A stretch of 64,000 nucleotides of DNA from an uncultured Thermoplasmata archaeon (GCA_964488505.1 CAZAUI010000005.1:17954-81953); one strand, 5' to 3'; shown: positions 45,520-55,764, counted from the stretch's first letter. Notes: generated by a model from the sequence alone, not told the origin. Numbers and translations: made by a program.

Positions 45520-46170
45520 TCACAGAATCGGCGTGGACGCCACGTACCCGGTTATGCCGTCGAGGATCATCTGGACGGCATAGGCGGATGTGATCAGCCC
45601 CATCACCCTGGTGAGGGCCCTGGTGCCCGCGTTCCCTATGACCTTGAACACGAGGTCGACCTTCCACAGCATCAGGGTCGTTATCAGCATCACGGCCGCG
45701 AGGGAGAGCAGGACGAGCGGCATATCGGCGGTCCCCGTCAGCGTTATGACCACGGATATCGCGCCCGGGCCTGCGAGCATGGGCGTGCCGAGCGGGACGA
45801 AGGCGACGTCCTCGGGCGTGTGCGGCTCCTCGTCCGGCTCCTCGGCGCCCTTGCGTCGGGACCGGGGCGTGTCGCCCTCGTACAGCATCATGACGCCGAT
45901 CACGAGCAGGAGCAGGCCGCCCGCTATCCTCAGCGCGTCTATCGAGACGGAGAGATAGTCGAGTATAACCTTGCCGACGAGAGCGAACGCGACCAGGAGC
46001 GAGGCGCCGAAGGCGACCGAGTACTTGAGCGTCTGGACCCTGTCCTTGGCGCTCATGCTCTTCGTCAGCACGAGGTAGATCGGCATGACCCCGAACGGGT
46101 CTATGACTATGAACATCGGGATGAAGACGATGAGGAACTCGAAGGCCATCATTTCAGGCATGCTTTGCAT
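45520..46170 (-). CDS. MarC family (UPF0056) membrane protein
   Basis: 216 aa. FIPMFIVIDPFGVMPIYL... is typical of the MarC family. Confidence 0.85.
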   Translation of the reverse strand: MQSMPEMMAFEFLIVFIPMFIVIDPFGVMPIYLVLTKSMSAKDRVQTLKYSVAFGASLLVAFALVGKVILDYLSVSIDALRIAGGLLLLVIGVMMLYEGDTPRSRRKGAEEPDEEPHTPEDVAFVPLGTPMLAGPGAISVVITLTGTADMPLVLLSLAAVMLITTLMLWKVDLVFKVIGNAGTRALTRVMGLITSAYAVQMILDGITGYVASTPIL

Positions 46171-46191
46171 GTATATCTCCCCTTTGATGAC

Positions 46192-47682
46192 ATGGCCAAA
46201 ACACTAAAGTCGTCACAAGCGATTCCGCGGACCGATACCATGAGGACAGCACCCGAGCTCGGCGAGATGCACGCCCGAATCGACAAGGACATAACGAAGC
46301 ACATCTCGCGCACGCGCAGGCTGCTGAGGCAGCCCAGCTCGAGCCAGCAGGACATAGGCATCCAGGAGTGCGCCGAGCTCGTCGCGAAGCTGTACGAGGA
46401 GGTCGGATGCGACAAGGTCGAGATCGTGAAGACCAAGGGCAACCCGATCGTCTACGGCGAGTGCAAGGGCGGCTCCGACAAGACGCTCCTCGGGTACTTC
46501 ATGTACGACACGATGCCGTTCAACGAGCCCGGCTGGAAGCATCCTGCCATGGGCGCGCAGATAGTCGAGAAGCGACTGCCTGCGGGGAATGTGAAGGCGA
46601 TCGTGAACCGCGGCTCGGACAACACGAAGGGCCCGCTCGCCGCGTTCCTGAACTCGGTCGACGCATGCAACAAGAGCGTCGGCAGGCCGCCCGTGAACCT
46701 CATACTGGTCGCAGAGGGGGAGGAGGAGCTCGGGAGCCCGAACCTCCCCGTGTACGTCAAGAAGGACAAGAAGCGGCTCTCGAAGGCGGACGCATGCTAC
46801 TTCCCGTACTTCAGTCAGGACTCCGACGGCAAGGCGAGTTTCTGCCTGGGCGTCAAAGGAGTGGTCTACTTCGAGCTGAAGGCTTCAGGCAAGGCCTGGG
46901 GCAGGGGCCCGCAGGAGTTCGCCATCCACAGCGGCCAGAAGGCCTGGGTCGACAGCCCCGCGTGGAGGCTCGTGGAAGCGCTCGGGACCATGACCGAGGA
47001 CAACGGGAACAAGGTGCTTATCGACGGGTTCCACGACAAGGTCGCTCCTCTGTCGGATGAGGAGGAGGAACTCATCGCGAAGCTGGCCAAGAGATGGGAC
47101 CCAGGCGCATACAAGGCGGTCATGAAAGTCCGACGGTTCACTCTTCCGGAGGACGACCCCGAGGCCCTCATCAGGCATTTCGTCTCCGGGACCACGCTCA
47201 ACATCGACGGCATATGGGGCGGGTACACCGAGAAGGGGTCGAAGACGGTCCTGCCGCACGAGGCGACCTGCAAGATCGACATACGTCTCGTGCCGAACCA
47301 GGAGAAGGACGACATGATGCCCCTCGTCAGGAGGCATCTGGACAGCCACGGCTATGCCGACATCGAGATGAAGGAGATAGACACCGGGTACGACTGCTGC
47401 AGGGCGAGCGTGAAGGAGCCGGTCGTGCAGTCGATGCTCGCCACATACAGGGCGTTCGGACACGACCCTGAGATATGGCCCACGAGCGGGGGCGCGGTGC
47501 CCTTCTACGTGTTCAACAAGATGCTCGGTCAGCCGTTCACCATGGGCTGCATAGGCAACAGCGGCCTCGCGCACAGCCCGAACGAGTACATGGTGGTCGA
47601 GGGCAACAAGAAGGTGGCTGGCCTCGCGGAGGCCGAGAAGTTCATGGTACACTTCATGCACGAGTTCGGTCACTCGCGTTGA
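46192..47682 (+). CDS. M20 family metallopeptidase (dipeptidase / ArgE-DapE-CPG2 type)
   Basis: GSDNTKGPLAAF, VAEGEEELGS and a C-terminal SGGAVPF..HSPNEY. The start is ATG at 46192 or ATG at 46240. The track ORF start at 45415 is a spurious extension across marC. Confidence 0.85.
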   Translation: MAKTLKSSQAIPRTDTMRTAPELGEMHARIDKDITKHISRTRRLLRQPSSSQQDIGIQECAELVAKLYEEVGCDKVEIVKTKGNPIVYGECKGGSDKTLLGYFMYDTMPFNEPGWKHPAMGAQIVEKRLPAGNVKAIVNRGSDNTKGPLAAFLNSVDACNKSVGRPPVNLILVAEGEEELGSPNLPVYVKKDKKRLSKADACYFPYFSQDSDGKASFCLGVKGVVYFELKASGKAWGRGPQEFAIHSGQKAWVDSPAWRLVEALGTMTEDNGNKVLIDGFHDKVAPLSDEEEELIAKLAKRWDPGAYKAVMKVRRFTLPEDDPEALIRHFVSGTTLNIDGIWGGYTEKGSKTVLPHEATCKIDIRLVPNQEKDDMMPLVRRHLDSHGYADIEMKEIDTGYDCCRASVKEPVVQSMLATYRAFGHDPEIWPTSGGAVPFYVFNKMLGQPFTMGCIGNSGLAHSPNEYMVVEGNKKVAGLAEAEKFMVHFMHEFGHSR

Positions 47683-48815
47683 AGCGCGCGCACGTACTCC
47701 GCCAGGACGGTCTCGGCGGCCGCGTCCCACGAGAACGCTTTCACGCGCTCTCTTCCTGCGCGGCCCATGCGCTCCCTGGCGCCAGGGTCGGAGAGAAGGC
47801 CGCATATCGCATCGCTCAGGCCGCGCAAGTCTCCAGGTTCGACCAACAGGCCCTCGAGTCCGTCCGTGACCAGCTCCGGGATGCCTCCGACCCTCGTCGC
47901 CACGACCGGCTTCGAACAGGCCATCGCCTCCATGAGCGAGAGGCCCCAGCCTTCGTTCCTGGACGGCAGCGCCAGCAGGTCGCAGTCCGCGTAGAGCTGG
48001 AGGAGCTCATCGTCGCTCACAGATTCGAGCAGCCTCAGATTGCCGGCGACGCCCGCTCTCTGGGCGAGCACCTGGAACCAGCCCGGCTCGTCCACCCCTC
48101 GGAAGCCAGTCTTGGCGACGGCCACGAGAAGGGCGTCCGGGTGGGTCCGAGCCACGGACGCCATCGCCAGCACCAGGAACTCGAGTCCTTTCCTCGCCTC
48201 GAGGCCGCCGACGAACAGGATGGTCGGCCGCGCGGACCTCCTGTCCGGGAGGTCCGAGAACTCGTCGGCGTCGAGGCCGTTGTATGTGACCACCGAGCTG
48301 TAGCCGTGCTCCTCTGCCAGCATGCGCTTCCAATACTGGGACACCACGAACCTGTGGTCTGCGTGGGCCACGGCCCGCTTCTCGAACTCGAACAGCCGGG
48401 GCTCCGCGAAGTCGTCCACGTGGTGGACGGTCCTGAACACGGGCGCGGAGATCCTCCCGGAATCCTTGAGGCGCGCGAGAGCGGAACCGCCGACGCAGTC
48501 CTGTGAGTGATAGACGTCTGCGTCCGCCGGGAGTCCCTGTTCGTATGCCTGGATCATCCTCTCGAGGCGCGTCATGACATCAGGATGCCACTCGTACCTG
48601 AATATCCGGAAGGGCGCGTCGACGGGCCTGTAGTATCCTCCGGCCGCCGCGTCATCGTCGTTCCTGGCAAGGGAATAGAGGGTGACGTCGACACCCTTGC
48701 GCCTCAGCCTCTCGGCGAGCTTAAGGGCGTGCGCGACCCCTCCTCTGGCCCTGGTGCTGTATGTCAGCATCGCGACTCTCAAGCACGATCGTGATTGTGA
48801 ACGCAGAGGTTGCAT
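47670..48815 (-). CDS. Glycosyltransferase family 4
   Basis: LRVAMLTYSTRARGGVAHAL... and NEGWGLSLMEAMACSKPVVATRVGGIPE. Start candidates are ATG 48815, TTG 48782 (giving MRVAMLTY) and ATG 48770. Confidence 0.8.
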   Translation of the reverse strand: MQPLRSQSRSCLRVAMLTYSTRARGGVAHALKLAERLRRKGVDVTLYSLARNDDDAAAGGYYRPVDAPFRIFRYEWHPDVMTRLERMIQAYEQGLPADADVYHSQDCVGGSALARLKDSGRISAPVFRTVHHVDDFAEPRLFEFEKRAVAHADHRFVVSQYWKRMLAEEHGYSSVVTYNGLDADEFSDLPDRRSARPTILFVGGLEARKGLEFLVLAMASVARTHPDALLVAVAKTGFRGVDEPGWFQVLAQRAGVAGNLRLLESVSDDELLQLYADCDLLALPSRNEGWGLSLMEAMACSKPVVATRVGGIPELVTDGLEGLLVEPGDLRGLSDAICGLLSDPGARERMGRAGRERVKAFSWDAAAETVLAEYVRALQRE

Positions 48816-49103
48816 AACTGGTTTGCCCGTGATTTCTCCGGACGCGACTGCACAGTTCTGGACGTGAGCGGCATGAGCCGCCTCCGAGTTTCGTCCAGCC
48901 GCTTCCAGTCTGACAAGGTACCTGGGAAACGTTATTAACCTGCCGACATTTATCCCGGTACAGCAGCCGGCCCGATGGGATTCCAGGCGCCTAGGGGTTT
49001 GTTTGGGGCGCAGGGCTCGGGCTGCGTGGACGCGCCTGCATCTGTGCGGGCAGAACGCGGGGAACGAGCATCTAGCGGAAATCTGCTTCAGGCGGGGCGA
49101 ACG

Positions 49104-51536
49104 ATGCTGAACGGTGCCAACAGCACAGGGAAACACAACACCGAGCTTCTGCTATGGCTCGACCAGATAGGCATCAAGGACATCGGCAAGGTGGGCGGAA
49201 AGAACGCCTCTCTGGGCGAGATGTTGAGACACCTCACGAGCAACGGCATCAGGGTCCCCGAGGGCTTCGCGGTGACCACCAAGGCCTTCATGGAATTCGT
49301 GACCGCCGCCAACCTGGAGGCGAGGGTCGAGAAGATACTGGACGGCATAGACCCTGACAACCCGGCGGATGTGGCGCCGAGGGGCAAGGCCGTGCGCAGA
49401 GCGTTCCTGGACGCGGAGTTCTCCGACGAGCTCAGACGCGAGATCGGGTACGGCTACTGGGAGCTGGGGCGCAGGCTGGGCATTGGCAACCCGAGCGTTG
49501 CGATACGCTCCAGCGCGACCTCGGAGGACCTGGACGGCGCGTCGTTCGCGGGCCAGCACGAGACGATCCTCAACGTCCGCGGCGAGACCAACGTACTCAA
49601 GGCGATCAAGCAGTGCTTCGCGAGCCTCTTCACGGACCGTGCGATCGCCTACAGGGCCCACAAAGGCTTCGGGCAGCTGGGGAACGCGCTCTCGGTGGGC
49701 GTCCAGAGGATGGTCAGGAGCGACCTCGCCTGCTCAGGGGTCATGTTCACCCTGGACACGGAGAGCGGCTTCTCGAACGTCGTCTACATCACAGGCTCAT
49801 GGGGCTTGGGCGAGATGATCGTCCAGGGCGCTGTGAACCCCGACCAGTTCTACGTCTTCAAGCCTTCGATCGGGAAGTCGAAGGACCCGATCATCGAGAA
49901 GAAGCTCGGCAGCAAGCAGCACAAGCTGGTCTATGCGCCCAAGGGCGGCATGGACGACGCCGAGGTCCCTGAGGTCGACAGGCAGAGGTTCGTCCTGAAC
50001 GACGCGGAGATAGTCGAGCTCGCGGAATGGGCCTGCATCATCGAGAAGCACTACGGCAAGCAGATGGACATCGAGTGGGCCAAGGACGGCCTCACGGGCA
50101 AGCTGTACATCGTCCAGGCGAGGCCGGAGACGGTCCACGCGGTCAAGAACGAGAACGTGCTCGAGACCTACGTGCTGGAGCAGCAGACCCAGGTCCTGGT
50201 CAGAGGGGACCCTGTGGGGTCCAAGATCGGGAAGGGCAAGGTGAACGTTCTCGAGAGCGCGTTCGAGATATCGGAGTTCAGGAAGGGCGAGGTTCTCGTG
50301 ACGGACAAGACCGACCCGGACTGGGAGCCCATCATGAGGATCGCCTCGGCCATCGTCACTGACAGGGGCGGCAGGACCTGCCACGCGGCGATAGTCTCGA
50401 GGGAGCTGGGCATCCCGTGCATCATAGGCACGGGCAACGGCACCCGCGTGCTCAGGGACGGCCAGTCCGTGACCGTGGATACATCGGAAGGAGAGGGTCG
50501 TGTGTACGAGGGCGAGCTGAATTTCAGAATCGAGAAGACCAACCTCGAGTCGATGCCGAAGACCAAGACGAAGATCATGATGAACGTGGGCGTCCCGGAG
50601 CAGGTGTTCAACCAGGGCCAGATACCGTGCGACGGCGTCGGGCTCGCGAGGCTGGAGTTCATCATCGCGTCGCATGTGGGCATCCACCCGCTCGCGCTCC
50701 TGGAGTTCGAGGACCTGAAGCGGAGGGCTGCGGACGACCCGAAGATCGCCAAGCTCGTCGATGACATCGACGAGAAGACCCAGGGCTACGAGAAGAAGGA
50801 GGAGTACTACGCGGACAAGCTCGCGTGGGGCATCGGCAAGATCGCTGCCACATTCCACCCGAGGGACGTCATCGTCAGGCTGTCCGACTTCAAGACGAAC
50901 GAGTACGCGAGCCTGATGGGCGGTTGGCTGTACGAGCCGACCGAGTCGAACCCGATGATAGGCTGGCGGGGCGCCTCCAGGTATTACGACCCCAAGTTCA
51001 AGGCCGCGTTCGGCCTCGAGTGCAAGGCCCTCAAGCGCGTGAGGGAGGAGAAGGGCCTGGAGAACATCAAGGTCATGGTGCCGTTCTGCAGGACCCCCGA
51101 GGAAGGCCGGAAGGTCGTCAAGACAATGGCGGAGTTCGGGCTCGAGCAGGGCAAGGCAGGCCTCGAGATATACGTGATGTGCGAGATACCGAGCAACGTC
51201 GTCCTGGCCGACGAGTTCGCGGAGATCTTCGACGGTTTCTCGATAGGCTCGAACGACCTCACACAGCTGATGCTCGGCCTGGACAGGGACTCGGAGCTGG
51301 TGTCGCGCCTCTACGACGAGCGCAGCCCGGCCGTGAAGCGGATGATCGCGAGCGTCATCAAGACGGTGAAGGCGAAGGGCAAGAAGATAGGCATCTGCGG
51401 CCAGGCGCCCTCCGACTACCCGGAGTTCGCTGAGTTCCTGGTGGAGTGCGGCATCGACAGCATGTCGCTGAACCCGGACAGCGTGATCAAGACGCGGTTG
51501 ATAGTGGCGGAGAAGGAGAAGCAGCTGGGTAAGTGA
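49104..51536 (+). CDS. ppsA: Phosphoenolpyruvate synthase
   Basis: VGGKNASLGEML ATP-grasp N-terminus, phospho-His motif TDRGGRTCHAAIVSRELGIPCIIG, and a PEP-utilising TIM-barrel C-terminus. Trimmed to the ATG at 49104. Confidence 0.95.
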   Translation: MLNGANSTGKHNTELLLWLDQIGIKDIGKVGGKNASLGEMLRHLTSNGIRVPEGFAVTTKAFMEFVTAANLEARVEKILDGIDPDNPADVAPRGKAVRRAFLDAEFSDELRREIGYGYWELGRRLGIGNPSVAIRSSATSEDLDGASFAGQHETILNVRGETNVLKAIKQCFASLFTDRAIAYRAHKGFGQLGNALSVGVQRMVRSDLACSGVMFTLDTESGFSNVVYITGSWGLGEMIVQGAVNPDQFYVFKPSIGKSKDPIIEKKLGSKQHKLVYAPKGGMDDAEVPEVDRQRFVLNDAEIVELAEWACIIEKHYGKQMDIEWAKDGLTGKLYIVQARPETVHAVKNENVLETYVLEQQTQVLVRGDPVGSKIGKGKVNVLESAFEISEFRKGEVLVTDKTDPDWEPIMRIASAIVTDRGGRTCHAAIVSRELGIPCIIGTGNGTRVLRDGQSVTVDTSEGEGRVYEGELNFRIEKTNLESMPKTKTKIMMNVGVPEQVFNQGQIPCDGVGLARLEFIIASHVGIHPLALLEFEDLKRRAADDPKIAKLVDDIDEKTQGYEKKEEYYADKLAWGIGKIAATFHPRDVIVRLSDFKTNEYASLMGGWLYEPTESNPMIGWRGASRYYDPKFKAAFGLECKALKRVREEKGLENIKVMVPFCRTPEEGRKVVKTMAEFGLEQGKAGLEIYVMCEIPSNVVLADEFAEIFDGFSIGSNDLTQLMLGLDRDSELVSRLYDERSPAVKRMIASVIKTVKAKGKKIGICGQAPSDYPEFAEFLVECGIDSMSLNPDSVIKTRLIVAEKEKQLGK

Positions 51537-51661
51537 TTCCCCGGACCGCCTGGCGAGTCGTCGCAGCAAGACCGTGCGCTTTACAAACGAGGATTATCAG
51601 TATCAATAATGATAACATTTATTAGGGGAGTGGCTGTTCCAGTCACAGTTATCCTCCCCCC

Positions 51662-51666
51662 TTTTT
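51662..51666 (+). terminator. T5 run downstream of ppsA
   Basis: CCCCCCTTTTTCTT lies in the convergent spacer. Oligo-T tracts are archaeal termination signals. Confidence 0.3.
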
Positions 51667-51710
51667 CTTACCTACTGACACGGCCCCGTCTCGGGGTCAC
51701 CGTCTCATCG

Positions 51711-52940
51711 TCACATGTCTTTGAGGGCCGGTTCCGGGACCGGTCTGTGGCCTGAGCGGGCGAACTTGTTCACTTCCTTGCTCCAGAGGACGAGCAGCAG
51801 GGTGCCCACGGGCGCGATCGCGAGCGCGAGGACGAGCAGACTCTCCTCGAGCCCCCAGAGGGAGGCGATCCAGCCGGTCATGACCTCCACCACCACCACG
51901 GCCACCGTGAACATCATGCTGGCGATGGCCATGACCGTCGACCTGTGGGACGAGCCCACGAGCCTGTGGATGTACCCGCCGATGACCGGGGCCTGGAGGC
52001 CGGCTATCATGTACATCATGTACTGCGTGGCGACCGCGACGGGTGACCGCAGCAGGAATACGATGCAGAACGAGATGGTCACGGTCATCAGCATGAAGAC
52101 CAGCGAACCCTTCTCTTTGAGCCGCGCCTCTATCCAGCTGGCCCTCGAGGTCACTATGCCTCCTACGATCGCGAAGCTCGCGAAGAAAAGTCCTATCTGG
52201 AGGTAGTCGAGCTCGAGCTTCTCGTTCATGTAGACAGACCTGAACACCGCCATGACGTAGATGCCTAGCTGCAGGGTTATCTGGAAGAAGATGAGTATCA
52301 TGATGGCCCTCGACTTCACGACCTGCTTGAACCCCATGTTCAGCTGAGTCCTGAAGGACCTCTTTGAATCGCGGGAGACCTTCGGCTCCCTGAGCCCGAT
52401 GACCGTGAAAGAACCCATGAGCCCTATGACCGAGGCGATGATCAGGGTGAGCTGGACCTCGTCCGTCATCATGATGATGATCCCTCCGACCGCGCAGGCC
52501 ACCGCGTTCATGAGGTACATGACCGCGTTCGCCGTGCCCATCACCTTCGTGAACTCGCTCCCTCTGTCGAGCTCGAGGAGGGTGTCGTAGACGAACGGCG
52601 AGTCCCCGCTCACGATGAAGCACGCGCCGAGCGCCCAGATGACGTTCGATATGAGGTACTCAGGGAACCCGGTGCTGAGGCCGAAGCCCAGGACCCCGAC
52701 GGCGAACAACGCCTCCCCCACGAAGAGCACCGTCTTCCGGCCGTACTTGTCCCCGAGCAGTCCGGCGGGGACCTGGAACATGATCATGGTGACCCAGAAC
52801 GCCACGTCCACGACGGTCAGCAGGAACAGGCTGTCGAGGTTCTTGTAGACCCAGAGCGTCCAGAACGGTATCCAGAGCGAGAACGACGTCAGCGCCCTGA
52901 AGAAGTAGAACCTCCTGATGCGCCTGTCGCCCTCGTCCAT
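51711..52940 (-). CDS. MFS transporter
   Basis: 409 aa, 12 TM-like segments, GDKYGRK loop motif. Confidence 0.85.
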   Translation of the reverse strand: MDEGDRRIRRFYFFRALTSFSLWIPFWTLWVYKNLDSLFLLTVVDVAFWVTMIMFQVPAGLLGDKYGRKTVLFVGEALFAVGVLGFGLSTGFPEYLISNVIWALGACFIVSGDSPFVYDTLLELDRGSEFTKVMGTANAVMYLMNAVACAVGGIIIMMTDEVQLTLIIASVIGLMGSFTVIGLREPKVSRDSKRSFRTQLNMGFKQVVKSRAIMILIFFQITLQLGIYVMAVFRSVYMNEKLELDYLQIGLFFASFAIVGGIVTSRASWIEARLKEKGSLVFMLMTVTISFCIVFLLRSPVAVATQYMMYMIAGLQAPVIGGYIHRLVGSSHRSTVMAIASMMFTVAVVVVEVMTGWIASLWGLEESLLVLALAIAPVGTLLLVLWSKEVNKFARSGHRPVPEPALKDM

Positions 52941-52961
52941 GTCAGCGCGGAATACTTACGG

Positions 52962-52969
52962 AGTATATA
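52962..52969 (-). promoter_or_regulatory. TATA box for the MFS gene (near-leaderless spacing)
   Basis: The reverse strand reads GGAGATATATACTCC, about 25 nt upstream of the ATG at 52940. Confidence 0.45.
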
Positions 52970-53027
52970 TCTCCAGTACTGTTGTCGCGGGCCCTCTCGG
53001 CCCCGGGCCACGTGAGAAAGATGTATA

Positions 53028-53047
53028 GGAGGCCCTTCCGGGCCTCC
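53028..53047 (-). terminator. Perfect GC hairpin after paralogue 1
   Basis: GGAGGCCC-TTCC-GGGCCTCC lies 9 nt beyond the stop at 53056. Confidence 0.35.
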
Positions 53048-53055
53048 GTGGTTTG

Positions 53056-54264
53056 TCAGAGCTTCCTCTCGTTGTAGTTCATCCCGTACTTCGGCAGCAT
53101 CTTGATGAACGGGTCCGGGTCCATCATCTCCGGCGGGAATACGCCCTTCTGGTCTATCTTGCCCTGGGCGAAGAGGATCGCGGCGATGGCCGCAGGGACC
53201 CCGACGGACCAGGCGGTGGCGCTGTTGTTCCACTTCTTGTAGACCTTGGCGTGGTCCAGGGATGTCCACAGGTAGTACCCTGTCTTCCTCCCTCCCTTGA
53301 GCCCGGTCGTGACGGTGCCGATTGCGCACTGCCCCTTCGAGAGGTGTCCCAGCTGGGACGGGTCGGGCAGGGCCGCGTTCACCACGTCCCTCGGGGCCAC
53401 CTCGACGTCCTTCACCTTGATCTTGTTCGGGTTCGACAGCCCCAGCTTCCCGATCATCCTGATGGCGTCCACGTACTCGTCGCCGAGCGCGATCTTGAAG
53501 TCGCAGTAGTCGCAGCCCTTGCCGAGGACCTCGCCGATGTACGTGGGCAGCGTCTCCGCCTCCTCGTGGTCCACGTTGTATATGGGGATCTTGCCCACGC
53601 CGTCGGGGAAGTCGTAGACCTCCTTGTTCTCGAAGGAGCCGTACTTCCTGTAGTGCCCCTTGGCGTAGTATGTCGCGGGCATCAGGACCTCCTCGATGAG
53701 GGTCTCAGGGGACCAGAGCGGGGCGAAGTCGTATCCCTCGACGTAGCCGTTGTCCCCGTCCCTGACCAGTATCTCCTTCACCCTGTCGAGCCTGTCAGCG
53801 GCCTTCCTCGCGAACAGGTTCGTGAGGCCGGGGTCGCAGCCTATGCCCAAGATGCCCGTCAGGCCCAGCTTCTTCCAGGCCTTGTCCTTCTTCAGGTACA
53901 GGAACGACGGTGGCGCCGGCTTGATGACATCCCCGGGCTTCGTCTTGTCGAGCGCGATGTCCCAAGCGGTGTCAAGGTAGTTCACCTTCGCCCTCTCGCA
54001 CGCGGTCATGATGGCGAAGTTGTACCTGGGTATCGCCAGGTTGCAGACGAGGTCCAGGCCCTTGAAGGCCTTCGTCATGGCATCGACGTCGGACGCGTCC
54101 AGCTTCTTCACGGCCACCTTGTCGCTCGAGATCTTCTTCTGCAGTCTCTTGCCCTTCTCGGGGTTTCTAGCCCCGAGGATCACCTTGTCGAACTCCCCAG
54201 AGTCGGCGAGAACCTCGGCAGTCACTGAGCCGATGGCCCCGACTCCCAGGACCATAGCCTTCAT
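53056..54264 (-). CDS. Saccharopine dehydrogenase family (COG1748-like) NAD(P) oxidoreductase, paralogue 1
   Basis: 402 aa. MKAMVLGVGAIGSV Rossmann fold plus GCDPGLTNLFAR, LVRDGDN and YNVDHEEAETLP. GGAGG lies upstream of the ATG. Confidence 0.85.
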   Translation of the reverse strand: MKAMVLGVGAIGSVTAEVLADSGEFDKVILGARNPEKGKRLQKKISSDKVAVKKLDASDVDAMTKAFKGLDLVCNLAIPRYNFAIMTACERAKVNYLDTAWDIALDKTKPGDVIKPAPPSFLYLKKDKAWKKLGLTGILGIGCDPGLTNLFARKAADRLDRVKEILVRDGDNGYVEGYDFAPLWSPETLIEEVLMPATYYAKGHYRKYGSFENKEVYDFPDGVGKIPIYNVDHEEAETLPTYIGEVLGKGCDYCDFKIALGDEYVDAIRMIGKLGLSNPNKIKVKDVEVAPRDVVNAALPDPSQLGHLSKGQCAIGTVTTGLKGGRKTGYYLWTSLDHAKVYKKWNNSATAWSVGVPAAIAAILFAQGKIDQKGVFPPEMMDPDPFIKMLPKYGMNYNERKL

Positions 54265-54285
54265 TGTTTCAAATACCTCCTTGTG

Positions 54286-54303
54286 CCCGGCCGTTGGGCC
54301 GGG
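54286..54303 (-). terminator. Perfect GC hairpin between paralogues 2 and 1
   Basis: CCCGGCC-GTTG-GGCCGGG. A second hairpin, CCGGGG-CGCTGT-CCCCGG, lies nearby. Confidence 0.3.
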
Positions 54304-54414
54304 AACCCCCCCGGTGAAGAACGGCTAGCGGCTAGATAAACCTCTCGCGTCCGCTGGCCAGATTGTTCTTCCCGGGGCGCTGTCCCCGGAGGTCACGTCG
54401 CCCGGTCAGGCCCG

Positions 54415-55629
54415 TCAGTAGTGCCTCTGCTCGAGTGTGTGGACGGGCATGCCGTACTTCTTGAGCATCGCGGGCCACGGCTGCGGGTCGAGCATCTCCG
54501 GAGGGAACACTCCCTTCTGGGTGATCTTGCCCTGCGCGAACAGGATCGCCCCTATGGCAAGGGGCACTCCGACGGAGTACCCGGTGGCGCTGTGGCCGTA
54601 CTTCTTGAAGGTCTGCTGGTGGTTGAGCTGGACCCACAGGTAGTAGCTGACCTCCTGGCCGTCCTTGACCCCGGTCGTGACTGTGCCTATGGCGCAGTCG
54701 CCCTTGGCGCGCTCGCCGAGCGTGGACGGGTCCGGCAGGCAGGCCGCGACGACGTCCCTCGGGGCCACCTTGCAGCCTTTGACCTCCATCTTGTTCGGGC
54801 TGTCCAGGCCCAGCATGCCGAGCATCTGTATCGCCTCGACGTAGTCGTCGTCGAGGGCTATCTTGAAGTCGCAGTAGTCGCAACCCTTGCCGAGGACCTC
54901 TCCGATGAACGTCGGGAGCGTCTCGGCCTCCTCGTGGTCCACGTTGTAGATCGGCAGCTTGCCCACGGGAGACGGGAAATCGAAGTCCTCCTTGCCGCTG
55001 AACGGGGGGAGCTTCCTGTACTTGCCGTCCGCGTAGTACGTCGCGGGCATGAGCACCTCCTCGATGAGCGTCTCGGGGGACCATAGCGGGGCGAACTTGT
55101 GCCCTTCGACCTGGCCGTTGTCGCCGTCCCTGACGAGGATCTTCTTCACGCGGTCGAGCTTGTCCGCACCCATCCTCGCGAATATGTTCGAGATGCCGGG
55201 GTCGCAGCCGAGCCCTATCATGCCGGTGAGCCCCGCCTTCTTCCACTCGTCGTCCTTCCGGAGTTGGTTCCACGCAGGGGTCTCCTTGATGACATCCCCT
55301 GGCTTGGTGGTGTCCGGGGCGATGTCCCACGCCATGTCGGCGTAGTTGGCCTTCGCCTTCACGCAGGCCTCCATGATCTTGAGGTTGAACCTCGGGATCA
55401 CGCCGTTCAGGATTATGTCGATCCCCTTGAACGCCTTGGCCATGCTGTCGACGTCAGACGCGTCGACCTTCTCGACCTTCACCTTGTCGCTCGAGATCTT
55501 CTTCTCCGTCCTCCTCGCCCTTTCGAGGTTGAGGTCCGCGAGTATAACCTGGTCGAACTCCTCAGAGGCCGCAAGTATCTCGGCGGTGACGGAGCCCACT
55601 GCTCCGACTCCTAGCATCATTGCCTTCAT
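54415..55629 (-). CDS. Saccharopine dehydrogenase family oxidoreductase, paralogue 2
   Basis: 404 aa. MKAMMLGVGAVGSV, with long identical stretches to paralogue 1 (LWSPETLIEEVLMPATYYA, IYNVDHEEAETLPT.IGEVLGKGCDYCDFKIAL). Trimmed to the ATG at 55629. Confidence 0.85.
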   Translation of the reverse strand: MKAMMLGVGAVGSVTAEILAASEEFDQVILADLNLERARRTEKKISSDKVKVEKVDASDVDSMAKAFKGIDIILNGVIPRFNLKIMEACVKAKANYADMAWDIAPDTTKPGDVIKETPAWNQLRKDDEWKKAGLTGMIGLGCDPGISNIFARMGADKLDRVKKILVRDGDNGQVEGHKFAPLWSPETLIEEVLMPATYYADGKYRKLPPFSGKEDFDFPSPVGKLPIYNVDHEEAETLPTFIGEVLGKGCDYCDFKIALDDDYVEAIQMLGMLGLDSPNKMEVKGCKVAPRDVVAACLPDPSTLGERAKGDCAIGTVTTGVKDGQEVSYYLWVQLNHQQTFKKYGHSATGYSVGVPLAIGAILFAQGKITQKGVFPPEMLDPQPWPAMLKKYGMPVHTLEQRHY

Positions 55630-55764
55630 TATTTCACATACACCACGGGCCGCCCGTAAAAGCAAGCCGGTCCGCACGTTCGCGATTGCGGAGACCTTAT
55701 TTAATATGTGCGGGCCTAGCCTGGACCCGGTTTCAAATCAGGGCATTAGGATGTACGGGATTCG

